A stretch of 64,000 bases of DNA from Rhodosorus marinus CCMP1338 (taxonomy: Eukaryota > Plantae > Rhodophyta): positions 434,001 through 498,000 of the forward strand of contig JAMWBK010000010.1 in the NCBI GenBank assembly GCA_029953675.1, read 5' to 3'. Made by a program: the position numbers and the translations under genes. The notes below the pieces were generated by a model that saw only the letters and a list, made by a program, of their open reading frames with translations, made no database searches and was not told where the DNA came from. Shown here piece by piece: positions 50,987-62,476 of this stretch. Position 1 is the first letter of the stretch, and each line of letters starts with the position of its first letter.

Positions 50987-52448
50987 CTACGTACGAGCTC
51001 GACCTGGTTTCGTCGCAAACAGGCCGAGGTTTCTTGGAGAACACACCGGATCGAAGATCGCTCTGACAGATGAGTTCTCCTTGCCGACGCTATCCTGGAG
51101 AAACTCTAGTCTGTCCAGGACAATGACGCTCTCGATGACTGCGGCTGTTAGCAACCTGCTTATAAGCGCTTGGATCAGGCCATGCTCATTCGAGGACGAG
51201 AGACGGAACCTCGACGGGTCGCTTTCGCGAGTCGCTTACCTAAGAGCATACACACATGCGGACGATGGAACGACGCGTTGGCTCCTTTCCGAACCGGAAA
51301 TCAAACGCTCATCCGAAGGTGGGGTCTTCAGGTCAGGCAACCGGGATAGAACTCTCCTGGCATAGTCTTCAAACAAGTCAGTGGGTTGATAGCGAATCTT
51401 CAGTCGACCCAGCTGCACTGATTCTTCCACTCCACATTCTTCTAAAATTTCCTCTAGCAAAGCTCTGTATCCATGCTGTCGAAGTCTCCTGGTTGGAATG
51501 GGAAGTTTGGTGCTGTGAGACATCTGGAGCGAGCTTTTCTTTGCCCTAGTTGCCTCACCATGGCTCCCGTTTGGACCATTCTTCAAGTGCATGGCACCCT
51601 AATTCACCATCAAGCATTGGTTGAATGGCACTGCTGCGTTCGCGAAGAGTCGGCCCCATTGGGAAGCAGTCGGAGGTGATCCGGTGATAACAGCATCCGA
51701 ACAAGACCAAAGCGGATGCCTCGGTTTTAGCAAAGAGTTGCATTGCCGTTGGTGTTAAATCGCCACATGCATGTAAGGCAACGATAACGGCGTCCTTGCA
51801 TTCCTTCTGCAGCTCAGCGTTGATCTCATCGGCCGTGTTGATCTTGCGTGTCAGGGAGCTTATGGTTCCGTTTCCACGGCTACGTTTCAGTGCTCTTAAT
51901 CGCTCAGTGCGCGTCTGAGATGAAGCATTGTGCAACGATTGAGCCTCCAGAGCAACCACGTCGAGTCCATGGTGGAGGGCGAGAACTTGACCGAGATAGC
52001 CCTTTCCAGATCCGATATCGACAACCTTTTTTGAGTTCACGCGTTCGGCCAGGTCTGCAACTGCGGCGGACAGTCTCGCAACTTCGTGCTCCTTCTTCAT
52101 GGTCAATCCGATTCTCATATCCTTGGGGAGGGAACACGTTCCCGAAGAGGTAACAGGGTCTCTCGAAACGGCTAAGGACTTTGCTTCTTTCACAAACTCT
52201 CTCAAGCTCAGCGGACTCCAAGACGGTACGAGGCCTCTAGAGAGAGCCTGAGCGTCCTCCAAGGTTCCTTCAAAGAAAGCTCGCATCCATTCGTCGGGGA
52301 CAATAGGACCGTCCACCAGCGACCGTGTCATCTTCGCACGAATCAAACGACGGCAAGTGCTGGACGAGAGGAAGTTCTCACATGCTTGTATTCTCCGCTT
52401 GACGTTCTCGCTTGATAACTCCGGGCCAACAGCCATATAGCAGCTCAT
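50987..52448 (-). CDS. METTL25/RRNAD1-like SAM-dependent methyltransferase, 3 exons
   Basis: KEHEV, VVDIGSGKGYL, IVALHACGDLT and FGCCYHRI; after two introns LRLLTAAVIESVIVLDRLEFL...IFDPVCSPRN. Confidence 0.88.
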
Positions 52449-53282
52449 CTTCTTCAACAGTGAGCACACCGGCTCTGCGGAGGTCGAACGCTCCCTTTGA
52501 TGAACGCCCTGTCGCCGAGAACGTTGGTTCCTTAACAGGAGTCACGATTCTTGTCTACCTTACCAACATCTTCTTTCGGCAAAGGCTTGCTGGCTTTGGG
52601 GTTCTCCAGCCTCCGCCAACCGGCCTCCGTACGCTTGTCTGCGAGGGATGCTTTGGCTTTGGCCCTATGCTTCTTAACTCGGATGATCGTCTTGATCCTT
52701 GGCGGGACGCAAAAATTCTATTTGGCTTGGCTTTTTCCCTCTTAACGTTTATTGTCTATGAAAGAACGGTGCTGTCAATTTGCGACATGAAGCTTCCTCC
52801 TATTTCGTGCTGAATCATCAATCATATCGGACTTGAAGCACGGAGGGAGTTACTGCTGTGTGGTTTGATAGTCGCGAAAGGCTCGGGGTTCAGGAACTGT
52901 GCTCAGTCGAGCCGATCAGTGTGTCCATTCATCCGTCCTTAGGATCCAATCGCGAGCGTAGCTAAGCTAGCTATCCTGTAAACCGAGAAAACTGCAAATG
53001 CGCTGATTTATCAGGAGGCTAGATATATTGGATGGCATGCAGATCTTTACTATGTTACCGCCGTCGACTATGGGTACGGAAAGAAGGCATTCGTTTAGGA
53101 GCGTTGGATAACAGAAGGCTGCGAAAAGATGGTGAAGACAAAATGGTGGCCTACGCAAAATTTTCGAAGATGACTAGCCTGAAAACAGGGTCCCCAGATC
53201 GGAACGCCAGAAGCGCGGGTATACGGTTGCTCGGGACACGAGCATCTTGCTTGAGGAGGTTGTGATTAGTTCCAAGATTGCC

Positions 53283-53594
53283 TCAGGAAAGAGAGCTTGT
53301 TGGGGAAGGATCGACGTCAGCAACCCTCCGGTTTCGGGTCTGATATCATGTGTCCCGGTAGTTTGGGTGTAGGAGGATGACAACGAACCAAAACCGAGCA
53401 ACAGAATGACAACTTGTTCCTGTCCAAGGAAACGTTCCAAAATGTCATTGATAAGAGGAATCTGTGGTTCTATTGCTTCTCCTGGGTCGTTGTCATCCTC
53501 CTATGCACAAACTACCTGGACCTTTCTGCTTGAAAGCACAACGCGTGCAGTTCGTGACGTCGATCCTACCCCAAAGGAGCTCTCGCTGTCCTAG
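53283..53594 (+). other. Long imperfect inverted repeat (~300-nt fold-back), candidate hairpin RNA or decayed MITE
   Basis: 53291-53319 pairs with 53555-53584; 53357-53386 pairs with 53487-53516 (27 Watson-Crick, 2 G.U, 1 mismatch); inner GAGCAACAGAA/TTCTATTGCTT pairing continues the stem. Confidence 0.8.
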
Positions 53595-53790
53595 TACTCA
53601 TCCATGTGGCTACAGCAACTCTTCGTGCATTCGGCTTTGATGGCCCCGAACTCACTGTCGTAGTCTTTGAAATATCCCAAAACGTCCGATTCAAAAGGAA
53701 TAACGGAAGATGACCAGCGCCTGGGGGCATTGGCTAAGTGTGCGGGAGCCTTGAAGTTGATGAGCAAGCTCTAGGCTGGAAGACCCGTTT

Positions 53791-55032
53791 ATGAGCCGCA
53801 TAGTAATGAATCAGGTGATCGTTCGACTTGCTCAGCGTCCTCTTGGAGAGATTGTCATCGGGGAGCATCTCGTTGTCGATCGGGACGTCCCGGTTAGGGA
53901 GCAGCTCGAAGATGGCGAGGTCCTCATCCGAGTCATGTGGCTGAGCGTCGACCCTGCGATGAGAGGATGGATGTCTAGCGCAAAGTCTTACCTACCTCCT
54001 TCCCCACTGGGAGAGCCGATGCGCGCGAACGGGGTTGGCAGAGTGACCCGTTCGAAATCAGATAAGTTCGACGTAGGTGCGGTGGTGTCTGGCTTCCTTG
54101 GAATGCAGGAATACTCCATACTTCCAGAGAAGAAGATCAGAAAAGTTGTTGTCCCGGACGGGGTCTCTCCAAGGCTCGCTTTGGGCGTTCTTGGCAACAA
54201 TGGCCTAACTGCCTATTTTGGGCTATTTGAGGTTGGACATCCTAAACCTGGAGATACCGTCGTCGTATCAGCAGCAGCGGGGGCAACTGGATCAATTGCT
54301 GCTCAGATTACGAAAGGCGTCCTAGGATGCAGGACAATTGGGATTGCCGGTGGAGAGGAGAAGAGGTTGTGGCTCTCAAACAGTCTCAATCTGGATGATG
54401 CTATTGACTACAAGAATGATGATATCGGGAAAGCGTTAAAGAGAACATGCCCAGATGGTATCGACGTAAGGAACGCTTCAGAAACCAGTCCCTGCAGCTG
54501 TGCATGTTCTCTTTACCGTTATGCTTCTTCTGAAGCAAGTATGGTCGGAGAGAGCCTTTGAGTTCTCACTGACTAAAATAATCCATCGCGCTCATCGATC
54601 TCTCCCCTCCTGCTCTTCTGTTGCTCATCACCCCCCTCCAAAAAGGTATACTTTGACAACGTAGGAGGCGTCACCCTGAACGAGGTTCTAAAACGACTAA
54701 ACCGAGGCGGCCGAGTGGTGCTCTGCGGAGCAATTTCCTCGTATAACACACCAGGTAGTCCTGGACCTTCCAACTACGTCAACCTCATTTCAACGAGATC
54801 CAAAATGCAGGGGTTTATCGTCTTGGACTACGCCAAGCAGTACCCAAAGGCTCTGGCGGATCTTACCTGCTGGCTTCAGGAAGGCAAGATCAAATATGAA
54901 GAAGATATCGTCGATGGTATAGCCAACACTCCCGAGGCACTTCTTCGACTCTTCAAGGGCCAAAATTTGGGCAAAGTAGTCGTCCAGGTTGCCGGCGACG
55001 GCGACTTGCAAGCCTTTCGAAGTTCGCTTTAG
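53791..55032 (+). CDS. NADP-dependent oxidoreductase (PTGR/CurA-like MDR family), 2 exons
   Basis: LSVDPAMRGWM, GLTAYFGL, VVSAAAGATGSIAAQ, GID|VYFDNVGG, GRVVLCGAISSYN, NLGKVVV; intron 54466-54645. Confidence 0.93.
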
Positions 55033-55185
55033 ATTGTTGGTTCGCTCCCTGCCATTCACTCTCTCCAAGAGCTTTTTCAATGGGAAAATATTTTTTACTG
55101 GTAAATAACAAACTTTTTTTCGTCTGCGGACTGATCTTTCGATCCTCAACTCCCAAAGGTCCTCCTCGGCGTGATGAGCTTCTTT

Positions 55186-56166
55186 TCAGCTCAGACCTGT
55201 CCCGCGCTGAACCATTTGGATCAACTTGAGATCTGGTTGGATGCCAGTCCTAGCGATGTGATCGGCATCGAGAGAAGGTAGATCCTTTCCTGACGTTGTA
55301 AACTCTCTCCTCATCGTTTCCATGTTCCTTTGCACGGCTTCGATGTGTGTGTTATACCCTTGAATCCTCTTCGCGATCGATTCCTGTGTAGTTTTTTCGA
55401 AAGAGAGGAAGAGGCACACACAAAAGATCAGTCTTTTCAGTTGTGTTTCGAGACTCCTAAATGGACTCTAAGAACCTCGCGCTCTTAAGTGCGGGTCCAT
55501 GATCAGTCCGGATGTGGGTCACTGGTTCGGGCCGAAAGGGATACAGAATACTCTGGCTGATGTTCGGAGTGACAGTGCCTTGGACATAGCTCTGGGATAA
55601 ACACTGAAGGAGCTACAAAGGACAAGTTCAAGGGAGAGAAACGAAAAGAACACACCTTGTCCATCGACTCCAGGTCCTTCGTCTCTTCCTCTTCGGGAGA
55701 TTCAGGTATATCGATCTTTGTCCGAAGAAGCTCGGACACAACCTCTGGATCGCTAGGTACCGCTTTGGGTACCAGTGCAAAGTCCCCTAGGTTTGCACTG
55801 GTCATCGCTTGAATAAGAGTCTGAGAGAGTGCAAGATAAGTCTTGGAAACGACCTGGAACTTTGCTAGAAGCTGGGGCCTGTTTCCAGTACGCCAGAAAA
55901 TGGGAGATTTGAGTGCTAGATTAGAAGGATGACTATTATGAGTGGAGATAGCAGATCCACAGTGCATTCGCTGCCGGACCTTAAACTCACCAAACGAGTT
56001 CCTTCGAAGGTCCAATCCCCTCCCTCAAGTTTACAATCGCTCTTCTCAGATCGTCCAACCGCTTCAGATTATCCATTGCACATCCTTGAAGCTTCAACAG
56101 AGATGCGTCGAGCTCAGGGTACTGACTCTCAAAGCTTCCCTCGCCACCCTTCTCACCACTTTGCAT
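55186..56166 (-). CDS. MED8: Mediator subunit 8-like protein, 3 exons
   Basis: LDDLRRAIVNL...W|PQLLAKFQVVS...FALVP...ELLRTKID matches the Med8 pattern (W..ll..f; LLRTK). Confidence 0.75.
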
Positions 56167-56344
56167 CGTTCCAAATCGCACCCAGAGACGAAACCAAGAA
56201 CCCGCAATACTCCTGACCTCAGTAAATCCAAGAGATCTTCACAAATTCCTTCAACGTCTCTTCAAAGGACATAAACTAATCGGCTTCAACCAAAACCAAA
56301 GCTGAAATTTGAGCCAGACTCGTTCATCTTCCTCCCCTGATTCA

Positions 56345-56760
56345 AAACCTCTATGAAACGTGCGACGAATTTGCTCAGCTTAGGCGCTAAAAAGCGATTT
56401 GGTGACAATGACAAACGTTAAGTCTTTTGTTGGGACTCTGGCTGAAGCCGAATCAGTTTAGAAGAACGGATTAGCTGAGAAGAATCAGTCCACTAAAACC
56501 TAGTCTTCTTATCGCCAGCAACAAAAGAACCATAAAACCTCGAAGCCATTGCTCAGCTTTGGGAGGTAAAACGATTTGTCGTCATTGACTAACGCTAAGC
56601 CTTTTGTTTGGACTCTGGGTGACGCCGAATCAGTTAAGAAGACGGATCAGCTTAGAAGAATCAGTCCGCTGAAATCTAGTCGTCTTCTCCGCAGCAACAA
56701 GGCCTTATTTCAAACCCAGTGCAGAGTCTATGCGGTAAAACGATGTGGTGATATTGCCAT
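56345..56760. repeat. Tandem duplication, period ~178 bp (about 2.2 copies)
   Basis: TTGCTCAGCT at 56371 and 56549; GCCGAATCAGTT and AGAAGAATCAGTCC in both units. Confidence 0.85.
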
Positions 56761-57411
56761 GTGGTGGGGCACACAGCCTTGCTGAAGCCAGAGCATTTGA
56801 GAGGAGAATAGACCATGCTTCTAGTAACTTGCAGAAACCCTGTCCTCCAAACCCTTCTGGCACAGCTAACGTGATAAACCCTGTCCGTTGCGGGGACTAA
56901 ATGAGAACGACCAGTTTGAAAAAGGGAGACAGTCATGAGAAGCTAAATGAAGAACTAGACCGCTCTTTTAGCGCCTCTACTGTAAATTTTACAAACTCAA
57001 AAGGCAGTTGAGCAGAAGCAGGTCAAGTGTCCACAGGACTTCAGGATGCTTTGAATAAATGCTAGTCTTTCGCCGCTTTCTCCCTCTAGATTTGATCAAA
57101 AACCTTCTCGCGGCCAGACCCCTCGTGAGTCTCTAGCTCCGGTCCCGGTTCTCACATGACTGCCGGAAGCGCTCAGACAAGGGCAAAACTGTATGGACCA
57201 ACTTCAACGAGTTGACGTACTTGCCTGCCTAACTGGGACTCATCTTGCGACAGTCCGTTCATAAAGAAGGTTAAGGTCAGCGGCGAGCCACTGCGTGAAG
57301 GCAGCCTGCAGAAATCCTCCAGTATGACAAGGAGCTGCGGCTTCCGTTCAAAGATTATCAACGACTCGCGATCACCTCTATGTGCGCTGCGGAGACGACA
57401 ATTTCGTTCGC

Positions 57412-60400
57412 TCAGGTTATCCTTGGTCGCTTTCGGTATCGGCCTTCTCTGCGGTCAGGACGATCGTTTCCCTCAGACTCCCACCCTCCAGCACTTCTTC
57501 TTCCAGGAGAATCGATTTCCGACTGTTCGGATCGCCATCCTCCCGCACTGTGACGTCCTGTATCGATTCCGCCAGCAGATTCTTCACCACCAACACTGCC
57601 TGTCATGCTCACCGCCCCTGAGATGTCCGAACTGCGCCTCTCCAGGATCCGTGACGAGTTAGATTCCTCACTGTCAAAGCCCCTCTTGCGCAAGCTCCCA
57701 GCGGACGACTCTGTCGCTTCGTGAGACCTCATCCTAAGATAGGGCCTGTCGATCCCGGCTTCATAGGCTTTTCTCAGGTCGTCCATGACTTCCAAATTAA
57801 TAGTAGAAGGCACAATTTGGCCTCGTGAGTTGTCCTGTGGTTCAAGGCCCTCGCGGCAGAAGAGTATGTACGCGTAATAGGCGGCCTCTCCAGACTTAAT
57901 TGCCTTCATCGGCATTGACGCGGCCAACTGGTGCATCGCATTGAACACGTAGGGCAAGTTATCCCCAAAATGATTTGTTAAATACACTTTTACATATCTC
58001 GCAGAAATGATGCTCCCTTCAGAAAATACAGCAAACCCTTTCTTCCCCTCCCCATCCAACATGAGGGTTAAAATTCTGACTCCCAAGAGCTCCAAGACCG
58101 AAAATGTGTAGCCTTCCTTCTTCGCCTTTTTCGGCTTGAATCGCCCCGACCTCTTCTCCAGCCCGAGCCAAGTAGCACATCCAAACCCTAGCGACATGGA
58201 GGATGTCCAATCGAATCCCATTTTTTTGGCAACCACCGCTCCCCAGAGAACAGTCATAGCCAACCTACTCGCCCTCACGTTCAGCTTCAGCACTGCTGTG
58301 GAGACTAGTCGAATTGTGGGAGACTCGAACAACCCCTGCTCTTCCTCGGCGACCTCGTACCCAGCCAGCGGAGGGAAGCCAGGTCTGGTGCTTGGAAAGT
58401 CGATACCCTCCGTGGACCTCCCGCCGTCAAGAAAGTGGTCACGAAGTCTCGCCAGGTACTCCGATCTCAGCCAAGGAGCAAAACCCTCTCGCACACTTTC
58501 CGAAGCAACATCCGGTCGAAATAGCAGGTACGCGTCGTATGTAGATTTTTCATCCTCGAGCAAGCTCTCCGGCATCGCTGAGGCTAACATCCTCATTGCG
58601 CTGTACGTGGTGGATAGGTCCTTCCCGAAAGCCTCCAGCAAAATCTTGTACGCAACGGCAGGCAGAACGTCGTCGGTCTCCAAGTCTATAGCCCGAAGAT
58701 TCTTGTAGTTGTTAGCATCTTGCGTGAGAAAGGTTCTCGCCTTAATCCTCGCTCCCACAATATGTACCTCCTTGTAGCCCAGCCCAGCTTCGCCATCGCG
58801 CTCCTGCTTGTCAGGATCTGAGAGGACGCTGAACGGGTTCGCAAGACTCGTAGCTATGAGGGTCTGTCCATGGAAATAACCCGCTGCCAACGCCAACGAC
58901 AGGGACGAATTCCAATCAAAGCCACGCTCCATTGCAACGGCAGCCCCCCACAGAATCAAAACGGCAGACCTCTTTGCCTGAACCTTAAGATTCACAACAT
59001 CAGACTTGTAGAGTTTTCTCTGCCCAGGTTCCCGCGGCAACTGAACGTCGATATGGTCCATTCCTCGTCGCGGTTTTCGAGCTGGATTGCTTGAGTTTTC
59101 TTTCCACACCACTGAGGAAAGTCTTTCCGCTACTCCAACTCCTTCGCTATCCGAAACAGCTTGACGCCTTAGAGCTACTGTGCGGCCGTCAGATAAGGGC
59201 GACTCCGGTAGCTTCCGCATCTGGACCCTGCCCGGAGCAGTTTCCACGCTGTTCGCCTTCGACGACAACCGTGACGGCGACAGCGATCGGCTTTTGTTCT
59301 CAGTTTCCTTGTGACTCAACTCAGCGCTACTGTCCTGAGCAATTTGTTGGATTTTAGATGCCGTTCTCGATGCTTCCGTTGCTGTTGGCGCTCCGGAAAG
59401 ACGTGCTGGGGAGACAGGACCTCGCGCATGCATCACTCGCACCGCGCGTTTGGCTTCATCGCTAATCTCTGGATTTGAGCCCCGGGAGTTATTTGCACTC
59501 GTGCCCTTGCCTAGTCCCGTCTCCTTAGAATTCCGTCCCGACTCGTCCTTATGGGACGCTCCAGAGATGTTCTCGACCGGTTTCTTAGGAATGCTGGAGC
59601 TGGCAAGGTCATTCTCTATTTTCAAGTTCAAGGACCCTTTAGGTTCTCCCCGAGCTGCGGCCGGCCTACTTCGTCGTGAAATCCTCATCCCTCCCTCGCT
59701 GAACAACAGCGGCCCAGACGCGCCACTTGACTCTGCTCCACCTGTCTTATCCTCCACCGCTAGCGTCAAGCTTGAGCCGGCATTGGATGCTCTACCGGAG
59801 CCCCTTGGGGTGTTTTGTTGCCGTTGCCGTACCTCAACATCTCCATCGCTGAGCCTTGTCAATGGTTCTCGCTTTACCTCTGCTTGCTCCCTCTCACCAC
59901 CCTTATGCTCGAAGGGAGCACCCTGCATTTCTGCTCCCCTCCGAGCAGAGCCACCATCTAGAGGAGGAGTTCGCCTCCGCTTTTCAGGACTGTTTGATCT
60001 GGATTCGACGCCAGCTTCCACTCGACCAGAGTCCTGCGCAATTGTCGGAGCATCTGGGGGCTCTTGACGAGCCTCAACTCGCTCAGTTGTCGGAAGTTCG
60101 ATCTTCGATTCCTCCCTTGCTGGCTCTTCGGCTGATTTTCCCTCAGGCGACTTTCCCAACTCTTCTCGCGTGGCTAGAGTGTCCTCTGCTTTCGTCTCCG
60201 AACTTGGGCGAAGGTCGTCTCTTGGCTGTTCAGGGGAAACCTGTTGGTCAAGCATAGGCTGCAATCCCATCTGCCCGTCCGTTCGTCCCCTGCTACCAGC
60301 CGAAGCGGTTGGCTCTCGCGACTCCTGCAGACCATGTACAGTTGAGAAACTCGGAACAGTTTGGCTCCGCCCTTGTCCGATACTCGTCAAACCTTTGCTC

Positions 60401-62223
60401 GTTGTTGGTCCACGAGAGTCAGATACTGGCTGGTGCAAACCGGCCGCTCTGGTGGCTCTCATGGAGCGTTCCCGTCGAGAAGACTTTGACTCCTCCGATG
60501 CTGCCTGATCTCCCCTTTGTGCGATGTCAACCCCTGTTCCACCAGGTACTAGCCCGACGGAAGGGTGGTCTTCTCGCACTGACGTGGCCAGATTGGTTTG
60601 GGAGTTGATCCCGCCCTCCGTTGCTGATCCCGTCTGCCCCGGTTCGGTTGGAGTGATATGTCCTGGCTGCATGGCTGGTTGCTCATTCATCCCGCCGGAA
60701 GAGTCCGTTTGCCCGATAGTCGCTGAGGTTCTAGCCCCATGCTGTTCTTCCGCACCTCCAACATTGGTAGTGGTACCCTCCTGGATCGACATCTCAGCAG
60801 GCCCCGCTGAATAAGTCCCGGAGATGGTCATTGAGGAGGCTGGGCCATGATCAGCAAGCGACGACAACGGAGGTAGCGAAGAGCTGGCACTCTGAGCTGG
60901 ATCAACAGCTGCAGCCTCGCCTGTCAATTGCAACATAGCCTCAGGCAAGTTCAATGTCTGCGTCGTTCCAGGCGGTTCTGACTGCTCAGGAGGCGCTCTG
61001 TGAACCTTTGTCAGGTATGAGAGCTGATCTCGTACGGTTAGTATTTTTGCAATCTTCAGCATACCAGCACCTCCTCGGGTCGCTGGCGGGCTGAAATGAT
61101 GGAAAGCCGAGTACGTTGACCGCCCTGAATTCAGAGTTGAACTAGGCCATTTTTCTAAGCACATCATCATCGTATCGTAGACCATAGGCAGTTGATCCCC
61201 AAAGTTGATTTTTATGAAGTTGTCAACCTTTTTAGCTGTCACGCGTCGGCTCAAGTGAACGACTCGGTAGGTGGTGTGGTCGACAAAAGCGGTCTTCAAG
61301 GTCTTGACCGGTATTCCCATGATTTCAATGAACACGACCTCACCGACGGCCCTCACGCTCGGATCCACTTTGAACTGATTGCATTCATCAAGCGCTTGCT
61401 GCCTTGCACCCGGGGTCATGACATGGAACAAGCGTACACCCTCCGCCAGGTTTAATGCAGAATACCAATCGTATCCTCTTGTCCTCGCGACAGCGGCTGC
61501 CCATAGCAACAGAACGGGCGCTTGTTCTACACAAACCTGAAGTTTCCAGAGCTCTCGGTCTGGCTTCCTCTCGCGGCCGGGTTCGAGGGACAATATTCTT
61601 TGGTAGGCTTGCAACTGCTTCAACTCCTCCGCATTTAGTTCCGGTTTCGGGTTTTCAGTGGGGCTTTCTGCCGCACCTGGTTCTGTCTTTGCCGTGCCCA
61701 GTCGGGCGTCATACGATAACGGCTGTACCGCTGACATCATCTCTGCTTTGGGCACATGTGTCTCATTTGAGTTTGGGGCTTCGGCCTCTGTTGCTCCCCC
61801 AGCACCACTCAATCTTCGCTCTGGTGCTGGTGGCTCAGCATGGTTTGCATCGGTTTTGTGCTGGTTCGGCTCTCCGCCGGGTTCGGTTGCTTGGGTCATT
61901 GTGCCCAGGAGCTTGTCCATTGTCCGAGTTGCGGCCCCGTCCGCTTCTTGAATATGCTCTTGAATTTCCTCGCTATGTGAGAGCATTCCTGATCCGGACG
62001 CGGGCCCAGGATCGTCCGCTAGTGGAGCCGACCGCTCTCCAGGATCGGCGGGGGTTGAAGGTTGCAACTCCGACGATTCCTGTGCCACATCTCGCACATC
62101 CTCACCAACCGAAGCTGAACGCAAATTTTCATCTATTTCACCTTCTTCACCCTCCGCATGAGACTCCGCGTCGTCGAGATTGTTCCTCAGATCGTCCATC
62201 TCCGCAGTCTCCTCATCTCTCAC
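57412..62223 (-). CDS. 1603-aa intronless protein with three copies of an uncharacterised ~170-aa domain in low-complexity linkers
   Basis: Uninterrupted ORF. The repeated pattern LW(A/G)AxVAxx.G(F/Y)DWxSxxxL...FG.xL...Y.A(F/Y) occurs at ~61545-61010, ~59000-58440 and ~58290-57780. Confidence 0.85.
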   Translation of the reverse strand: MRDEETAEMDDLRNNLDDAESHAEGEEGEIDENLRSASVGEDVRDVAQESSELQPSTPADPGERSAPLADDPGPASGSGMLSHSEEIQEHIQEADGAATRTMDKLLGTMTQATEPGGEPNQHKTDANHAEPPAPERRLSGAGGATEAEAPNSNETHVPKAEMMSAVQPLSYDARLGTAKTEPGAAESPTENPKPELNAEELKQLQAYQRILSLEPGRERKPDRELWKLQVCVEQAPVLLLWAAAVARTRGYDWYSALNLAEGVRLFHVMTPGARQQALDECNQFKVDPSVRAVGEVVFIEIMGIPVKTLKTAFVDHTTYRVVHLSRRVTAKKVDNFIKINFGDQLPMVYDTMMMCLEKWPSSTLNSGRSTYSAFHHFSPPATRGGAGMLKIAKILTVRDQLSYLTKVHRAPPEQSEPPGTTQTLNLPEAMLQLTGEAAAVDPAQSASSSLPPLSSLADHGPASSMTISGTYSAGPAEMSIQEGTTTNVGGAEEQHGARTSATIGQTDSSGGMNEQPAMQPGHITPTEPGQTGSATEGGINSQTNLATSVREDHPSVGLVPGGTGVDIAQRGDQAASEESKSSRRERSMRATRAAGLHQPVSDSRGPTTSKGLTSIGQGRSQTVPSFSTVHGLQESREPTASAGSRGRTDGQMGLQPMLDQQVSPEQPRDDLRPSSETKAEDTLATREELGKSPEGKSAEEPAREESKIELPTTERVEARQEPPDAPTIAQDSGRVEAGVESRSNSPEKRRRTPPLDGGSARRGAEMQGAPFEHKGGEREQAEVKREPLTRLSDGDVEVRQRQQNTPRGSGRASNAGSSLTLAVEDKTGGAESSGASGPLLFSEGGMRISRRSRPAAARGEPKGSLNLKIENDLASSSIPKKPVENISGASHKDESGRNSKETGLGKGTSANNSRGSNPEISDEAKRAVRVMHARGPVSPARLSGAPTATEASRTASKIQQIAQDSSAELSHKETENKSRSLSPSRLSSKANSVETAPGRVQMRKLPESPLSDGRTVALRRQAVSDSEGVGVAERLSSVVWKENSSNPARKPRRGMDHIDVQLPREPGQRKLYKSDVVNLKVQAKRSAVLILWGAAVAMERGFDWNSSLSLALAAGYFHGQTLIATSLANPFSVLSDPDKQERDGEAGLGYKEVHIVGARIKARTFLTQDANNYKNLRAIDLETDDVLPAVAYKILLEAFGKDLSTTYSAMRMLASAMPESLLEDEKSTYDAYLLFRPDVASESVREGFAPWLRSEYLARLRDHFLDGGRSTEGIDFPSTRPGFPPLAGYEVAEEEQGLFESPTIRLVSTAVLKLNVRASRLAMTVLWGAVVAKKMGFDWTSSMSLGFGCATWLGLEKRSGRFKPKKAKKEGYTFSVLELLGVRILTLMLDGEGKKGFAVFSEGSIISARYVKVYLTNHFGDNLPYVFNAMHQLAASMPMKAIKSGEAAYYAYILFCREGLEPQDNSRGQIVPSTINLEVMDDLRKAYEAGIDRPYLRMRSHEATESSAGSLRKRGFDSEESNSSRILERRSSDISGAVSMTGSVGGEESAGGIDTGRHSAGGWRSEQSEIDSPGRRSAGGWESEGNDRPDRREGRYRKRPRIT

Positions 62224-62476
62224 ACTTCATCTTCTCAAAACACCACGTCTGCTCCCACCAAGTCTCATTGAATACAACCTTCCGCTTTCAACACAGTTCA
62301 GATCAGGGTTTTCGAAAAAACTACCCACAGCTAGAGAGGCGTCCACAAACCAAAGAAAGAGAAGGCTATCCCGCCCTTTCAATCTTGAGACCATTCACTT
62401 GTCCATTCCAACCTCTGCAGACATTCTGCAAAGGGCAAAAAACCCATACTATCTCCTCAAAAACCTCTGAAATCCT

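Noticed and set aside
50838-51365. 175-aa + strand ORF
   Set aside because: Antisense shadow of the last METTL25-like exons.
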